Below, one piece after another: positions 38,085 through 48,627 of a stretch of DNA of 64,000 bases. Position 1 is the stretch's first letter. Every line of letters begins with the position of its first letter. A program made the translations under genes and the position numbers. Below the pieces are notes generated by a model. The model did not search any database, was not told where the DNA came from, and saw only the letters and a program-made list of their open reading frames with translations. This DNA is from Candidatus Omnitrophota bacterium (GTDB taxonomy: Bacteria > Omnitrophota > Gorgyraeia > JAFGHF01): positions 135,229 through 199,228 of the forward strand of contig CP070837.1 of assembly GCA_020341815.1 (NCBI GenBank), read 5' to 3'.

Positions 38085-38717
38085 ATGGAACTCCAGCCAA
38101 TATTTAAAACTAAAGAGCAAATAAATTCTGAAGCAGAAAGTTTTTTAAAAAAGTACCATCCATCCAAAGCTATCCCTATCCCAATAGAACAAATAATAGA
38201 TATACAATTACAAATCGATATTATTTCAATTCCTGGCTTAAAAGATGCCTCTGAAACATTAGACCATGATATAGATGCATTTATTTCTTCAGATTTCAGA
38301 AGTATTTCCGTAGATAAGTATATTTATGATAAAGTTGCTACCCGATATAGATTTACTTTAGCGCATGAAATTGGGCATATGATACTTCACGAATATTTAT
38401 ATGCACAATTTAAATTTAATAAAATGGATGAATTTATTACAACCATTAACGAGATGCCATTGAAGGAACGGGGAATGGTTGAATGGCAAGCCGATGAATT
38501 TGCCGGTTTAATTCTTGTGCCTCGAGAATTTCTGGAAGAGAAATTTAAAAAAGCGCTAACAAGAGCTGAAGAAGTACTCAATACATCTTTTAAGGATAGT
38601 CCGGATTTTGTAATAGATGTGGCAATTGCCTATCTTGCACAAGACTTTGCTGTAAGTGCAGATGTAGCAAGAATACGGCTCGAAAGAGATGGTTTAAAGG
38701 AAAAACAGCTTCAATAA
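38085..38717 (+). CDS. ImmA/IrrE-family zinc metallopeptidase (COG2856)
   Basis: HEIGH zinc motif (LAHEIGHMILHEY) and the downstream WQADEFAGLILVP motif. Starts 3 nt after the XRE gene. Confidence 0.8.
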   Translation: MELQPIFKTKEQINSEAESFLKKYHPSKAIPIPIEQIIDIQLQIDIISIPGLKDASETLDHDIDAFISSDFRSISVDKYIYDKVATRYRFTLAHEIGHMILHEYLYAQFKFNKMDEFITTINEMPLKERGMVEWQADEFAGLILVPREFLEEKFKKALTRAEEVLNTSFKDSPDFVIDVAIAYLAQDFAVSADVARIRLERDGLKEKQLQ

Positions 38718-38886
38718 ATAAACCATACCGACGTTGATATTGCTGTCAAAACAGGCGTTTTGAAGTGGAAAGAGTCATGAACTTTTCTCTTGACTAACCC
38801 TATATTTTATGGTATGTTAAGCCAAATTTGCCTCTCTTTAATTAGCCCGTCAAGGTTAGTCCTTTGATGACAGACTCCATATTATT

Positions 38887-41526
38887 ATGAATAAAAAAGT
38901 ATTGCTTATTGACGGTAACTCCTTTTGTTATCGTGCCTTTTACGCCATCAGAAGCCTTTCCACATCAAAAGGTCAGCCCACCAATGCGGTTTACGGTTTT
39001 GTGGCTATGCTGAATAAGCTTATCACGCAGCAAAAGCCCGATTATCTGGCAGTAGCCTTTGACCTTAAAGGGCCTACTTTTCGCCACAAGAAATTTGCCG
39101 ATTACAAAGTTCAGCGCAAGCCTATGCCGGATGATTTAAGCGTTCAATTGCCTGTGATTAAAAGGGTTCTTCATGCCTATCGTATTCCCATATTTGAGAA
39201 AAAGGGCTATGAGGCCGATGATGTTATCGCTACTTTAGCCAAGAGATTAAGCCAGACGAAAGCAGAGATATTGATAGTTACGGGAGATAAAGATATATTG
39301 CAGTTGGTTAGCAGTAATATCAAGGTAATCAATCCGCACAAAGACGATTTAGTTTTAGATGAGGGTTGGGTGAAGAAGAGGTTTGGTGTTGCGCCCGATA
39401 AAATTACCGAGATTATGGCTTTGGCAGGAGATGCCAGCGATAATATTCCCGGCGTTCCCGGCATAGGTGAGGCCACTGCCGTAGAACTGATTAAGCAGTT
39501 CGGCACACTTGATGAGGTATTAGCCAATACGGATAAGATAAAAAATAAGGCCAGGGCCGAAAAGATAAAGGAGTTTGCAAGCCTTGCCCAGATGAGCAGG
39601 GAGCTTACCCGACTGGACAGCGACATTACTCACCTGGCCGAAACCGAGCCAGGCCAGCTGCTCGGACAATTGAAAATAGTCGAGGCGGATAAAAAGGAGT
39701 TGTTTGAGATCTTTAAGGAGCTTGAGTTTAAATCCTTAATGGAGAAGGCCGCAGAAGAATTTAAGGATGAGACAGGTTATAAAGTTATTTCCGATACTAA
39801 AGAAATAGAGGAATATTTTAAAAAGCTTGCGAAAAAAGATACCATAACCTTTTATCCCGCAGGCGGGCGGCCTGACCCTGTGACGGCCAAAATATCAGGC
39901 ATTGCTTTTACTTTCGAGAGAACGAAGCCGGCGTTTTTTTCTTTCGCAGATATTTCCAAAGACGCCCTGAAGCTTATTCTGGAGAATAAAAATATAAAGA
40001 AAATCGGGCACAATTTAAAATACGCAAAAGTGCTTTTCTCCAATTACGGAATTACCTTGGAAGGTATGAGTTTCGATACGATGATTGCCGCATATCTCTT
40101 AGACCCGGCAAAACTGAAATACGGCCTGGGTGATTTAGCTTTAGAATATCTTAATTGCAAATTGGGAGATTTGCCTGATGCGGGCCTGTCTCGCCCTCAG
40201 GCGGACACAGAAAACGAGGCGGCAGAACTTGCCTGCCAGAATGTAACTATAATTTTTAGATTGAGCAAAACCTTAAAAGAAAAGCTGAAAGAAAAGAGTC
40301 TTTTGAGTTTATTTGAGAATATCGAGATGCCCCTTGCGGGAGTCTTGGCGGATATGGAAAGAGAAGGGGTTACGCTGGATAAGAAATTATTGCTTGAGCT
40401 CTCCGGAGATTTTGAGAAGAAACTGAATAGTTTAACCAGAGAGATTTATGAGATGGCCGGCGGCAGCTTCAATATCAATTCACCCAAGCAACTGAGTTCT
40501 GTTTTGTTTGATAAGCTGAAACTGCCCAGAATAAAGCGGACAAAGACAGGAAGCTCAACAGACACAGAAGTCCTGCGTAAGCTCACCAGCGTTCATCCTC
40601 TGGCCCAGCGGCTTCTGGAGTTTAGAGAGATATCCAAGCTAAAGTCCACTTATGTAGAGGGGATGATGAAGCTGTTAAAGTCTTCCTCGTCAGGAAAAAT
40701 TCACACCTCTTTCAATCAAACAGGCACCGCAACCGGCAGGCTTTCTTCAAGCCAGCCCAATTTACAAAATATCCCTATACGCACCGCTTTAGGGAGAAAG
40801 ATTCGCCGGGTTTTTGTTCCTTCGGCAGGCGACAGTTTTCTTTTATCGGCAGACTATTCGCAAATAGAATTAAGGATACTTGCCCATCTTTCGGAAGATA
40901 AAGGCTTGATTTCGGCATTTAAAGAAGACTTGGATATCCATGCCTATACGGCATCTTTAATTTTTAATGTAAGCGTTGATAAAGTATCCCGCCAGATGAG
41001 GAGCGCTGCCAAGACGGTTAATTTCGGAATTATTTACGGAATGGGCGCTTACGCCCTATCCAAGGATTTGGGCATAAAACAGGCCCAGGCAGAGGAGTTC
41101 ATCGAGGCCTATTTCCAGAGGTATCCCGGGGTGAGGAATTATGTCAAGCGCCAGACAGAAAAGGCCGCAAAAGACGGCTTTGTGACCACGCTTATGAAGC
41201 GCCGGCGCTACATCCCACAAATCCAGAGCCCTGATGAAAGCATGCGCCGCTTTGCCCAGCGCATGGCCATAAACGCGCCCGTGCAGGGCTCTGCCAGCGA
41301 TTTAATCAAGGCAGCAATGGTAAATATTCACAATGCCCTGATAAAACAAGGGCATCGGGCGAAGATGATTATCCAGGTTCACGATGAGCTGGTATTTTCC
41401 CTGCCCGAGGAGGAATTGGAGGCGCTCTCTTTGCTTGTTAAGGACAAAATGGAAAATGTAATAAAACTGAAAGTTCCGATTAAGGTTTCAATCAAAAGCG
41501 GAAAGAACTGGCTGGAGGTAAAATGA
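38887..41526 (+). CDS. polA: DNA polymerase I
   Basis: 5'-3' exonuclease N-terminus and family A polymerase motifs A, B and C (DYSQIELR, RRSAKTVNFGIIYG, QVHDEL). Confidence 0.9.
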   Translation: MNKKVLLIDGNSFCYRAFYAIRSLSTSKGQPTNAVYGFVAMLNKLITQQKPDYLAVAFDLKGPTFRHKKFADYKVQRKPMPDDLSVQLPVIKRVLHAYRIPIFEKKGYEADDVIATLAKRLSQTKAEILIVTGDKDILQLVSSNIKVINPHKDDLVLDEGWVKKRFGVAPDKITEIMALAGDASDNIPGVPGIGEATAVELIKQFGTLDEVLANTDKIKNKARAEKIKEFASLAQMSRELTRLDSDITHLAETEPGQLLGQLKIVEADKKELFEIFKELEFKSLMEKAAEEFKDETGYKVISDTKEIEEYFKKLAKKDTITFYPAGGRPDPVTAKISGIAFTFERTKPAFFSFADISKDALKLILENKNIKKIGHNLKYAKVLFSNYGITLEGMSFDTMIAAYLLDPAKLKYGLGDLALEYLNCKLGDLPDAGLSRPQADTENEAAELACQNVTIIFRLSKTLKEKLKEKSLLSLFENIEMPLAGVLADMEREGVTLDKKLLLELSGDFEKKLNSLTREIYEMAGGSFNINSPKQLSSVLFDKLKLPRIKRTKTGSSTDTEVLRKLTSVHPLAQRLLEFREISKLKSTYVEGMMKLLKSSSSGKIHTSFNQTGTATGRLSSSQPNLQNIPIRTALGRKIRRVFVPSAGDSFLLSADYSQIELRILAHLSEDKGLISAFKEDLDIHAYTASLIFNVSVDKVSRQMRSAAKTVNFGIIYGMGAYALSKDLGIKQAQAEEFIEAYFQRYPGVRNYVKRQTEKAAKDGFVTTLMKRRRYIPQIQSPDESMRRFAQRMAINAPVQGSASDLIKAAMVNIHNALIKQGHRAKMIIQVHDELVFSLPEEELEALSLLVKDKMENVIKLKVPIKVSIKSGKNWLEVK

Positions 41527-41599
41527 ACCCCGCCCTTCCAAATACCACGCCTTGCATAAAAGATATGTGCGGAAGCAATAGAAAGAAGGGCGGGGTGAA
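41524..41599 (+). repeat. IR-flanked intergenic repeat element, copy 5 (short form), subfamily A
   Basis: Left end TGAACCCCGCCCTTCC includes the polA stop. Right end GAAGGGCGGGGTGAAA includes the glgA GTG start. The element frame is open and in frame with glgA. Confidence 0.8.
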
Positions 41600-42956
41600 A
41601 GTCTTATTCTGTTCCAGCGAAGTAGTCCCTTTTGCCAAAACCGGCGGCCTGGCCGATGTAAGCGGGGCCCTGCCGCAGGCCTTAGAAAAGGAGGGTGCCG
41701 AGGTAAAGGTAGCTTTGCCCGGATACAGATCCGCAAAGGCGCACTCCCCTAAAATGGGCAAAGATATAGAGGTTTATCTTGTTCAAAACGATAAATACTT
41801 CGACCGTAAAGAATTATACGGGACAAGCAGCGGGGATTATCCCGATAATTTAGAAAGATTCGCCTTTTTCTGCAAACAGACCCTCTTGCTATTGAAAGAA
41901 AAAGGGTTCTGCCCCGATATTATTCACTGCAACGACTGGCAGAGCGCCCTTATCCCCGTTTACTTAAAGACCAATTTTAAGGATGATGACTTTTTTAAAA
42001 AGACAAAGGTTATATTTACTATTCATAACCTGGCATATCAGGGGGTTTTCCCTCAAGATGAGTTTGCCAAGACGGATCTCGATAAGCAGCTCTTTAATAT
42101 GCACGCCCTTGAGTTTTACGGCAAAGCCAATTTACTAAAAGGGGGCTTGGTTTTCTCGCGCTTTATTACTACGGTCAGCCCTACATACGCCCAGCAGATT
42201 CAAAGCGTAAAATTCGGCTGTGGACTGGATGGAGTCTTAAGGAAAAGAAAGAAAGATTTATCGGGGATAATTAATGGTCTGGATTATCATATATGGGACC
42301 CTCAGCAGGATAATAAGATTTTTCAGAAATACGGCAGGGATGATTTAGGAGACAAATACATTAATAAGGAAAAGCTGCAGCAGGAATTGAACCTACCTGT
42401 TGACAGAAATATTCCGCTTCTGGGGATAGTCACCCGCCTGGCTTCGCAAAAAGGCATAGAACTTATAATTTCAGCATTGAATAAAAAAATGCCCAAGCTC
42501 AATCTGCAATTTGTTCTTCTGGGTACGGGAGATGAGAAATACCACCATCAGCTGGAAAAGATAATGCAGAGAGGATATAAAAATATCTCTATCAGTCTGC
42601 GTTTTGATGCGGTCCTGGCGCGTAAGATTTATGCCGGGTGCGATATGTTCTTAATGCCTTCATATTATGAGCCCTGTGGGCTGGGGCAGTTGATTTCCTT
42701 GAAATACGGCACTATTCCTATCGGGCGAAAGACCGGGGGGCTGGCGGATACTATTATAGATGCACAAAACGGATTCCTTTTTGAAAAATACAGCCCTGGC
42801 GAGATGATGAGGGCCATAATGAGAGCTCTCAAATTATATGAAAACAGGGAAAAATGGCGAAGCCTGATGCTCAAAGCTATGGATTGCGATTTTTCCTGGG
42901 AGGCCTCCGCTAAAAAATATATCGAGCTTTACGGACAGGCCTTGAAAGAAGTTTAG
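41595..42956 (+). CDS. glgA: Glycogen synthase
   Basis: MKVLFCSSEVVPFAKTGGLADV is a canonical GlgA N-terminus, from the GTG at 41595. The ORF track extends it to 41523 through the element. Confidence 0.85.
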   Translation: MKVLFCSSEVVPFAKTGGLADVSGALPQALEKEGAEVKVALPGYRSAKAHSPKMGKDIEVYLVQNDKYFDRKELYGTSSGDYPDNLERFAFFCKQTLLLLKEKGFCPDIIHCNDWQSALIPVYLKTNFKDDDFFKKTKVIFTIHNLAYQGVFPQDEFAKTDLDKQLFNMHALEFYGKANLLKGGLVFSRFITTVSPTYAQQIQSVKFGCGLDGVLRKRKKDLSGIINGLDYHIWDPQQDNKIFQKYGRDDLGDKYINKEKLQQELNLPVDRNIPLLGIVTRLASQKGIELIISALNKKMPKLNLQFVLLGTGDEKYHHQLEKIMQRGYKNISISLRFDAVLARKIYAGCDMFLMPSYYEPCGLGQLISLKYGTIPIGRKTGGLADTIIDAQNGFLFEKYSPGEMMRAIMRALKLYENREKWRSLMLKAMDCDFSWEASAKKYIELYGQALKEV

Positions 42957-42966
42957 GGCTTTTATC

Positions 42967-43569
42967 TTGAAGAAAAAGATATTGGTTTTAGGCATTACGG
43001 GAAGTTTTGCCAGCGGCAAAAGCAGTGTTGCTGAGATGTTCAGGAGGCTGGGTGCCAGAATTATCGATGCCGATAAAATATACCACCGCCTAATCAAACC
43101 CCCAAACCCTCTCTATAAAAAAATTGTTTCCGTCTTTGGGCAAGACATCTTAAGAAGAAATAAATATATAGACAGGAAGAAACTGGCCGAGAGAGTTTTC
43201 ACCGACAAAGAGGCCTTAAATAAATTATCGCAGATTACGCATCCTGTAATTATAAAGGAAATCAAAAGAAGATTAAAAAAAATTAAGCCGGGGGTTGTAA
43301 TAATCGATGCTCCGCTTTTGATAGAAGCGGGTTTAAATAAGATTGTAGATAAGTTGATAGTGGTGAAAATAAACAGAAAGAATCAAGTCATAAGGTGCAG
43401 AGAGCAAAGGGGCTTATCCGGCGATGAAATTGCCGGAAGAAACAGGGCTCAAGTAGCTTTGAGTGAAAAAATTAAATTGGCCGACTATGTAATAGATAAT
43501 AATGGGACTTTTAAACAGACAAACGAACAGGTGGATAAAATTTGGAAAAAGATCAGTGTCAAGCGCTGA
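42967..43569 (+). CDS. coaE: Dephospho-CoA kinase
   Basis: [13 protein letters not shown]-loop. TTG start. Confidence 0.85.
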   Translation: MKKKILVLGITGSFASGKSSVAEMFRRLGARIIDADKIYHRLIKPPNPLYKKIVSVFGQDILRRNKYIDRKKLAERVFTDKEALNKLSQITHPVIIKEIKRRLKKIKPGVVIIDAPLLIEAGLNKIVDKLIVVKINRKNQVIRCREQRGLSGDEIAGRNRAQVALSEKIKLADYVIDNNGTFKQTNEQVDKIWKKISVKR

Positions 43570-43589
43570 TTAACAAGGAGGTTTTTAAG

Positions 43590-44849
43590 ATGGAGATAGC
43601 GAATTTAAAAGATATGAAAATGGCCGGATTGAATAAGCTGGGAAAGGAGCTTAAGATAAACGGCATAAGCGGCTTAAGGAAGCAGGACCTGATTTTCAAA
43701 ATCCTGCAGGCCCAGGCGCAAAAGGAAGGCCGCATTTTTGGCGAAGGGATACTGGAGATATTGCAGGACGGCTTTGGTTTCTTAAGGTCTCCTAATTATA
43801 ATTATCTGCCCTGTCCGGACGATATCTACATTTCTCCTTCCCAGATTCGCAAGTTTGGTCTGCGCACAGGGGACACCGTAGGCGGGCAGATCCGCCCTCC
43901 CAAAGAGGGGGAAAAATACTTTGCTATGCTCAAAGTGGAGGCGGTAAATTTTGAGAACCCGGAGGAGGCGAAGGATAAAATACTTTTTGATAATCTTACG
44001 CCTCTTTATCCCAAGGAGCGCTATTTGCTGGAGACAAAGGCTGATGAGATTTCCACCCGCATTATGGACCTGATTACTCCTTTGGGGAAAGGTCAGCGTG
44101 CCTTGATTGTCGCTCCGCCATACAGCGGAAAGACCGTAATAATGCAGAAGGTGGCCAACGGCATTACCGCCAATTCTCCCGATACCATTCCGATAATTCT
44201 TCTGATTGACGAGCGTCCTGAGGAGGTTACGGATATGCAGCATTCGGTAAAGGCTGAGGTAATCAGCTCTACCTTTGATGAGCCGGCCGAACGGCATATC
44301 CAGGTTGCCGAGATAGTGCTGGAGAAGGCCAAAAGGCTTGTTGAACACAAAAAGGACGTAGTGATACTCCTAGACAGTATTACCCGTCTTGCCCGGGCCT
44401 ATAATACTATTGCCCCGCACAGCGGAAAGATTCTTACCGGTGGGGTGGATTCCAGCGCTTTGCATAAACCTAAACGCTTTTTCGGTGCGGCAAGGTGCGT
44501 GGAAGAGGGCGGTTCTCTAACTATAATTGCCACTGCCTTGGTTGATACAGGCAGTCGCATGGATGAGGTTATCTTTGAGGAGTTTAAGGGCACAGGCAAT
44601 ATGGAACTTCAGCTGGATAGAAATCTATTTCAGCGCCGGATTTATCCTGCTATTGATATCAAGCGCTCCAATACACGCAAGGAAGAGCTGCTTCTGGACC
44701 CGGAGGAATTGAAGAAGGTCTGGCTGCTGCGCAAGGCGCTGAATGAATTAAGTTCCGTAGAGGCAATGGAACTTCTCATCGAAAAATTGAAAAAGTTTAA
44801 AACCAATGCCGAGTTTTTGCTGTCTTTGGATAAGCTACGCTTGGCGTAA
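43590..44849 (+). CDS. rho: Transcription termination factor Rho
   Basis: N-terminal domain, cold-shock-like RNA-binding domain and RecA-like ATPase motifs. AGGAGG RBS before the ATG at 43590. Confidence 0.95.
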   Translation: MEIANLKDMKMAGLNKLGKELKINGISGLRKQDLIFKILQAQAQKEGRIFGEGILEILQDGFGFLRSPNYNYLPCPDDIYISPSQIRKFGLRTGDTVGGQIRPPKEGEKYFAMLKVEAVNFENPEEAKDKILFDNLTPLYPKERYLLETKADEISTRIMDLITPLGKGQRALIVAPPYSGKTVIMQKVANGITANSPDTIPIILLIDERPEEVTDMQHSVKAEVISSTFDEPAERHIQVAEIVLEKAKRLVEHKKDVVILLDSITRLARAYNTIAPHSGKILTGGVDSSALHKPKRFFGAARCVEEGGSLTIIATALVDTGSRMDEVIFEEFKGTGNMELQLDRNLFQRRIYPAIDIKRSNTRKEELLLDPEELKKVWLLRKALNELSSVEAMELLIEKLKKFKTNAEFLLSLDKLRLA

Positions 44850-44850
44850 T

Positions 44851-44940
44851 ACACTGAGAGCACTGAGAAAAATCTGAAACCTCTGAGAGTCAATTCAGTG
44901 GTTTCAGTGTAATAATTTCAGTGATTTCAGTGATAAAAAA
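44851..44940. repeat. CACTGAG / TTCAGTG repeat-rich imperfect inverted repeat in the rho-rpmE intergenic region
   Basis: CACTGAGA x2 and CTCTGAGAG on the left, TTCAGTG x4 on the right. The halves are reverse complements. Confidence 0.55.
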
Positions 44941-44949
44941 GGAGATAAA

Positions 44950-45162
44950 ATGAAAAAGAAGATACATCCCGAATATAAAGAGACGACAATCAGCTGCGCC
45001 TGCGGAGAGGTGATCCACACCCGTTCAACAAAGCAGAATATCCGCGTGGAGATTTGCTCTAAGTGTCATCCTCTCTATACCGGAAAACAGAGACTCGTTG
45101 ATTCTGCCGGGCGCGTGGAAAAGTTCAGACGTAAATACGACCGACAGAAAAAAAATAAATAA
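44950..45162 (+). CDS. rpmE: 50S ribosomal protein L31 (zinc-ribbon type)
   Basis: CACGEV...CSKCHP zinc ligands with an L31 fold. Confidence 0.9.
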   Translation: MKKKIHPEYKETTISCACGEVIHTRSTKQNIRVEICSKCHPLYTGKQRLVDSAGRVEKFRRKYDRQKKNK

Positions 45163-45173
45163 GAGAAAAAACT

Positions 45174-46256
45174 ATGTTTGAACGCTTGCAGGAGATAGAA
45201 AAGCGTTATAACCAGCTGCAGGAATTATTGGCGAGACCTGAAACCTTGCAGGATAAAAAGTTATACCCCAGGTATGCCAGGGAGCTGGCAGGCTTGAGTC
45301 TTACCGTGGACAGGTATAAGCAATACAAGGTCCTGCTTAAAGAAATAGAGAATATTGAAACAATGCTGGCGAATAAGGAGCATCATGGTGAGAAAGAGTT
45401 CCTGAAATTAGCAAAAGAGGAATTAGACCAGCTGAATGAAAAGAAAAAAGATTTGGAGTTGCAGCTGGAGGAGATGCTTCTTGAAGAGGAAGACAGCATT
45501 CACAAAAATATTATTCTTGAAATCCGGGCAGGCACAGGAGGCGAGGAAGCAGCTTTGTTCTGCGCCGACCTTTACCGGATGTATACTAAATACGCGGCAA
45601 AATGCGGATGGAAAATGGAGCTTTTAAGTTCCCGTCCCACGGCCATAGGCGGTGTTAAGGAAGTTATCTTTTCGTTGCAAGGAGAAGGCGTCTTTAAAAA
45701 ATTGAAATATGAAAGCGGCGTGCATCGTGTTCAGCGCGTTCCCCAGACAGAGACCTCCGGACGCATCCATACCTCGGCGGTTTCGGTAGCGGTCCTGCCG
45801 GAGCCGCAGGAAGTGGAGTTGAAGCTTGACCCCAAGGATATCAAGATAGATGTTTACCGCTCCACAGGCCCCGGCGGGCAGGGGGTAAATACCACAGATT
45901 CGGCGGTAAGGATTACGCATTTTCCCACAGGGATAGTGGTCAGCTGCCAGGATGAGCGCTCACAGATGAAAAATAAGGCCAAGGCAATGCGTGTGTTGCG
46001 CGCACGTCTTTTAAATAAAATGCAGACGGATCAGAAGAAAGAAATTTCTCAAGCGCGTAAATCGCAGGTAGGCACAGGCGACCGCAGCGAAAAAATCCGC
46101 ACTTATAATTTTCCCGATTCGCGCGTTACCGACCACAGGATAGGTTTTACCTTGCATAAATTGGAATTGGTTTTGGAGGGGAATCTTGAAGAGATAGTCC
46201 AGGCTCTTATCAGCGAAGACAGAAAAAGAAGGCTCAAAGAGTGGAAAAAAGAATAG
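45174..46256 (+). CDS. prfA: Peptide chain release factor 1
   Basis: GGQ motif ([20 protein letters not shown]) and PxT-type decoding region. Confidence 0.95.
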   Translation: MFERLQEIEKRYNQLQELLARPETLQDKKLYPRYARELAGLSLTVDRYKQYKVLLKEIENIETMLANKEHHGEKEFLKLAKEELDQLNEKKKDLELQLEEMLLEEEDSIHKNIILEIRAGTGGEEAALFCADLYRMYTKYAAKCGWKMELLSSRPTAIGGVKEVIFSLQGEGVFKKLKYESGVHRVQRVPQTETSGRIHTSAVSVAVLPEPQEVELKLDPKDIKIDVYRSTGPGGQGVNTTDSAVRITHFPTGIVVSCQDERSQMKNKAKAMRVLRARLLNKMQTDQKKEISQARKSQVGTGDRSEKIRTYNFPDSRVTDHRIGFTLHKLELVLEGNLEEIVQALISEDRKRRLKEWKKE

Positions 46257-47092
46257 ATTTATTGAAGGAAGGATTTCATTTTTTATCCAAAGAAGGCTTG
46301 GCTAATCCAAAGGTCGAGGCAGAGATTTTCCTGTCGCATATAATTAATTGTCCGCGCCTGGGGCTTTATCTCGATAAAGAGCCCATAACACAAAAAGAAT
46401 CACAGGATTATTGGCATCTGTTGCGCCAGAGGGCAAAGGGGCGTCCTTTACAATATCTTATCGGCTATGTCGAGTTTATGGGTTTAGAGTTCAAGACAGC
46501 TCCGGGAGTATTTATCCCCCGCCCGGAAACAGAGATTTTGATAGAGAAAGCATTGGAGCTTTTAACTCTTAAGAGTTATCTTTCATCCGCTATTTTGGAT
46601 ATAGGTACCGGCTGCGGAAATATCGCCATAAGCATTGCCAAAGAAATAAAAAAAACCGATATTTTTGCTTGCGATATCTCCGATTCTGCTCTACAATTAG
46701 CAGAGGAGAATGCTCATCTAAACAAGGTAGAAATCAATCTTGTCAAAAGCAACCTCTTTAGCGTTTTTAAAAGGAAGAATTACTTTTCTTTAATTCTTAG
46801 CAATCCTCCTTATATCAGAAGCGAGGCTATCCCTGGACTTTCCCGGGAATTGCATTATGAGCCAAGAGGCGCTATTGATGCAGGGAATGATGGCCTCCTT
46901 TATTACCGGGCAATTTTGTCTGAGGCTGCGGATTATTTATCCGATAAAGGTATGCTGATATTGGAAATCGGGGATAAACAAGGGGCTTTAATAAAAGAGA
47001 TTGTTGCCAGGACGAAAAGGCTTTCCGTGATCGAGGTAATTAAAGATTATAACGATATCGAAAGAATAATAGTCGCAGAAAAACAAAGGTAG
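46241..47092 (+). CDS. prmC: Release factor glutamine methyltransferase
   Basis: NPPY motif (LSNPPYI) and SAM-binding GTGCG motif. Downstream of prfA. Confidence 0.85.
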   Translation: MEKRIDLLKEGFHFLSKEGLANPKVEAEIFLSHIINCPRLGLYLDKEPITQKESQDYWHLLRQRAKGRPLQYLIGYVEFMGLEFKTAPGVFIPRPETEILIEKALELLTLKSYLSSAILDIGTGCGNIAISIAKEIKKTDIFACDISDSALQLAEENAHLNKVEINLVKSNLFSVFKRKNYFSLILSNPPYIRSEAIPGLSRELHYEPRGAIDAGNDGLLYYRAILSEAADYLSDKGMLILEIGDKQGALIKEIVARTKRLSVIEVIKDYNDIERIIVAEKQR

Positions 47093-47095
47093 AAT

Positions 47096-48358
47096 ATGGA
47101 TAAGCTTGTTATTGAAGGCGGAAGGAAACTCAAGGGCACTGTGCAGATAAGCGGGGCTAAAAATGCAGCGTTACCTATCCTGGCGGCTACTTTACTTACG
47201 CAGGAGAAGTGCGTTATATCCAATGTTCCCCCCCTTCGCGATGTGCAGACTATGGTTAAAATTTTGCGCAGTTTAGGGGTAAGGGTGCAGATGCAGGACA
47301 GCCGCATTACGGTTTACCCGGCTAAATATAAAGGATATACCGCCCCTTATAAATTAGTCAGTACTATGCGGGCTTCTATTTGTGTGCTCGGGCCGCTTCT
47401 GGCAAAACAGGCCCTGGTGCGGGTGTCTCTGCCGGGAGGATGCGTTATCGGGCCCCGGCCTATCGATTTGCACCTTAAAGGACTAAGCGCCCTGGGTGCT
47501 AAGATTAAGATTGAGCATGGATACATTGTTGCCCAGGGAAAGAAGATGAAAGGGGCGCGCATTTATTTAGGCGGGCCTTTTGGTTCTTCGGTCCTGGCCA
47601 CGGCCAATGTAATGATGGCGGCAACCTTAACCCCCGGCATAACCATAATCGAGAATGCCGCCTGCGAGCCTGAAGTGGTGGACTTGGCAAATTTCTTATT
47701 GAAGATGGGAGCCAAGATTCATGGCCAGAAGACACATACTATTGAAATTGAGGGAGTGAAAAAGTTGCACGGCGCCGAACACAAAATTATCAATGACCGC
47801 ATAGAGGCAGGAACTTATATGCTGGCCTGCGCTATAACGGGAGGAGAGATTTCCATCAAGGGTGCATCTATCAGTCATCTGGGGGTGTTGATTGATAAAC
47901 TCAAGGGTGTCGGAACGACAATCAGGCATTCCGGCGACACTATTTTTGTTAAGGCCACGCGCCGCCTGCGACCGGTAGATATTACTACGCTGCCTTTTCC
48001 GGGTTTTCCTACTGATCTTCAGGCGCAGATGATGGTCTTGATGTGTATGGCTGGTGGCATTAGCGTGATTACCGAGAAGGTTTATCCCGAGAGATTTATG
48101 CATATCAGCGAGCTAAACCGCATGGGTGCCCGAGTTATGAAGGAAGGCTCAAGCGCCATTATTGAGGGGGTGCCGAAATTGAGCGGCGCGCCGGTAATGG
48201 CTTCGGACTTACGCGCTTCCGCAGCGCTGGTTTTAGCGGGGCTGGCGGCCTCAGGCAGGACGGAAATCTCGCGGGTTTATCATTTGGATAGAGGTTATAA
48301 AACAATGGAAGAGAAACTCTCACGATTAGGAGCAAAGATTTGGCGGGAGAAGGAATGA
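47096..48358 (+). CDS. murA: UDP-N-acetylglucosamine 1-carboxyvinyltransferase
   Basis: EPSP-synthase-like fold with MurA N-terminus KLVIEGGRKLKGTVQISGAKNAALP. Confidence 0.9.
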   Translation: MDKLVIEGGRKLKGTVQISGAKNAALPILAATLLTQEKCVISNVPPLRDVQTMVKILRSLGVRVQMQDSRITVYPAKYKGYTAPYKLVSTMRASICVLGPLLAKQALVRVSLPGGCVIGPRPIDLHLKGLSALGAKIKIEHGYIVAQGKKMKGARIYLGGPFGSSVLATANVMMAATLTPGITIIENAACEPEVVDLANFLLKMGAKIHGQKTHTIEIEGVKKLHGAEHKIINDRIEAGTYMLACAITGGEISIKGASISHLGVLIDKLKGVGTTIRHSGDTIFVKATRRLRPVDITTLPFPGFPTDLQAQMMVLMCMAGGISVITEKVYPERFMHISELNRMGARVMKEGSSAIIEGVPKLSGAPVMASDLRASAALVLAGLAASGRTEISRVYHLDRGYKTMEEKLSRLGAKIWREKE

Positions 48359-48371
48359 TTAAGGAGGCAAG

Positions 48372-48614
48372 ATGGCAGTAGCAATAAGATTAAAAAGATT
48401 AGGCACAAATAAAAAACCGCATTCAAGGATTATTGTCTGCGAATCAAGCAGGGCGCGCGATGCGCGCATAATCGATAAAATCGGTTTTTATAACCCCACG
48501 AAGAATCCGCCTTTAGTGAAAGTCGATAAGGAAAAGGCGGAGAAATGGCTCAAGGCGGGGGCGCGGCCTTCGGAGACGGTTAGAAGTATCTTTAAGAGAC
48601 AAGGTATAGTTTAA
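48372..48614 (+). CDS. rpsP: 30S ribosomal protein S16
   Basis: MAVAIRLKRLGTNKKPHSRIIV is a canonical S16 N-terminus. Confidence 0.9.
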   Translation: MAVAIRLKRLGTNKKPHSRIIVCESSRARDARIIDKIGFYNPTKNPPLVKVDKEKAEKWLKAGARPSETVRSIFKRQGIV

Positions 48615-48627
48615 GAAGCTTTAAGCT

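Noticed and set aside
41523-41594. ORF-track N-terminal extension of glgA (MNPALPNTTPCIKDMCGSNRKKGG).
   Set aside because: This segment is the repeat element itself. GlgA has a canonical N-terminus from the GTG at 41595, and the same element frame is closed by stops in three other copies. I kept the open frame as a finding because the ATGA overlap leaves the question open.
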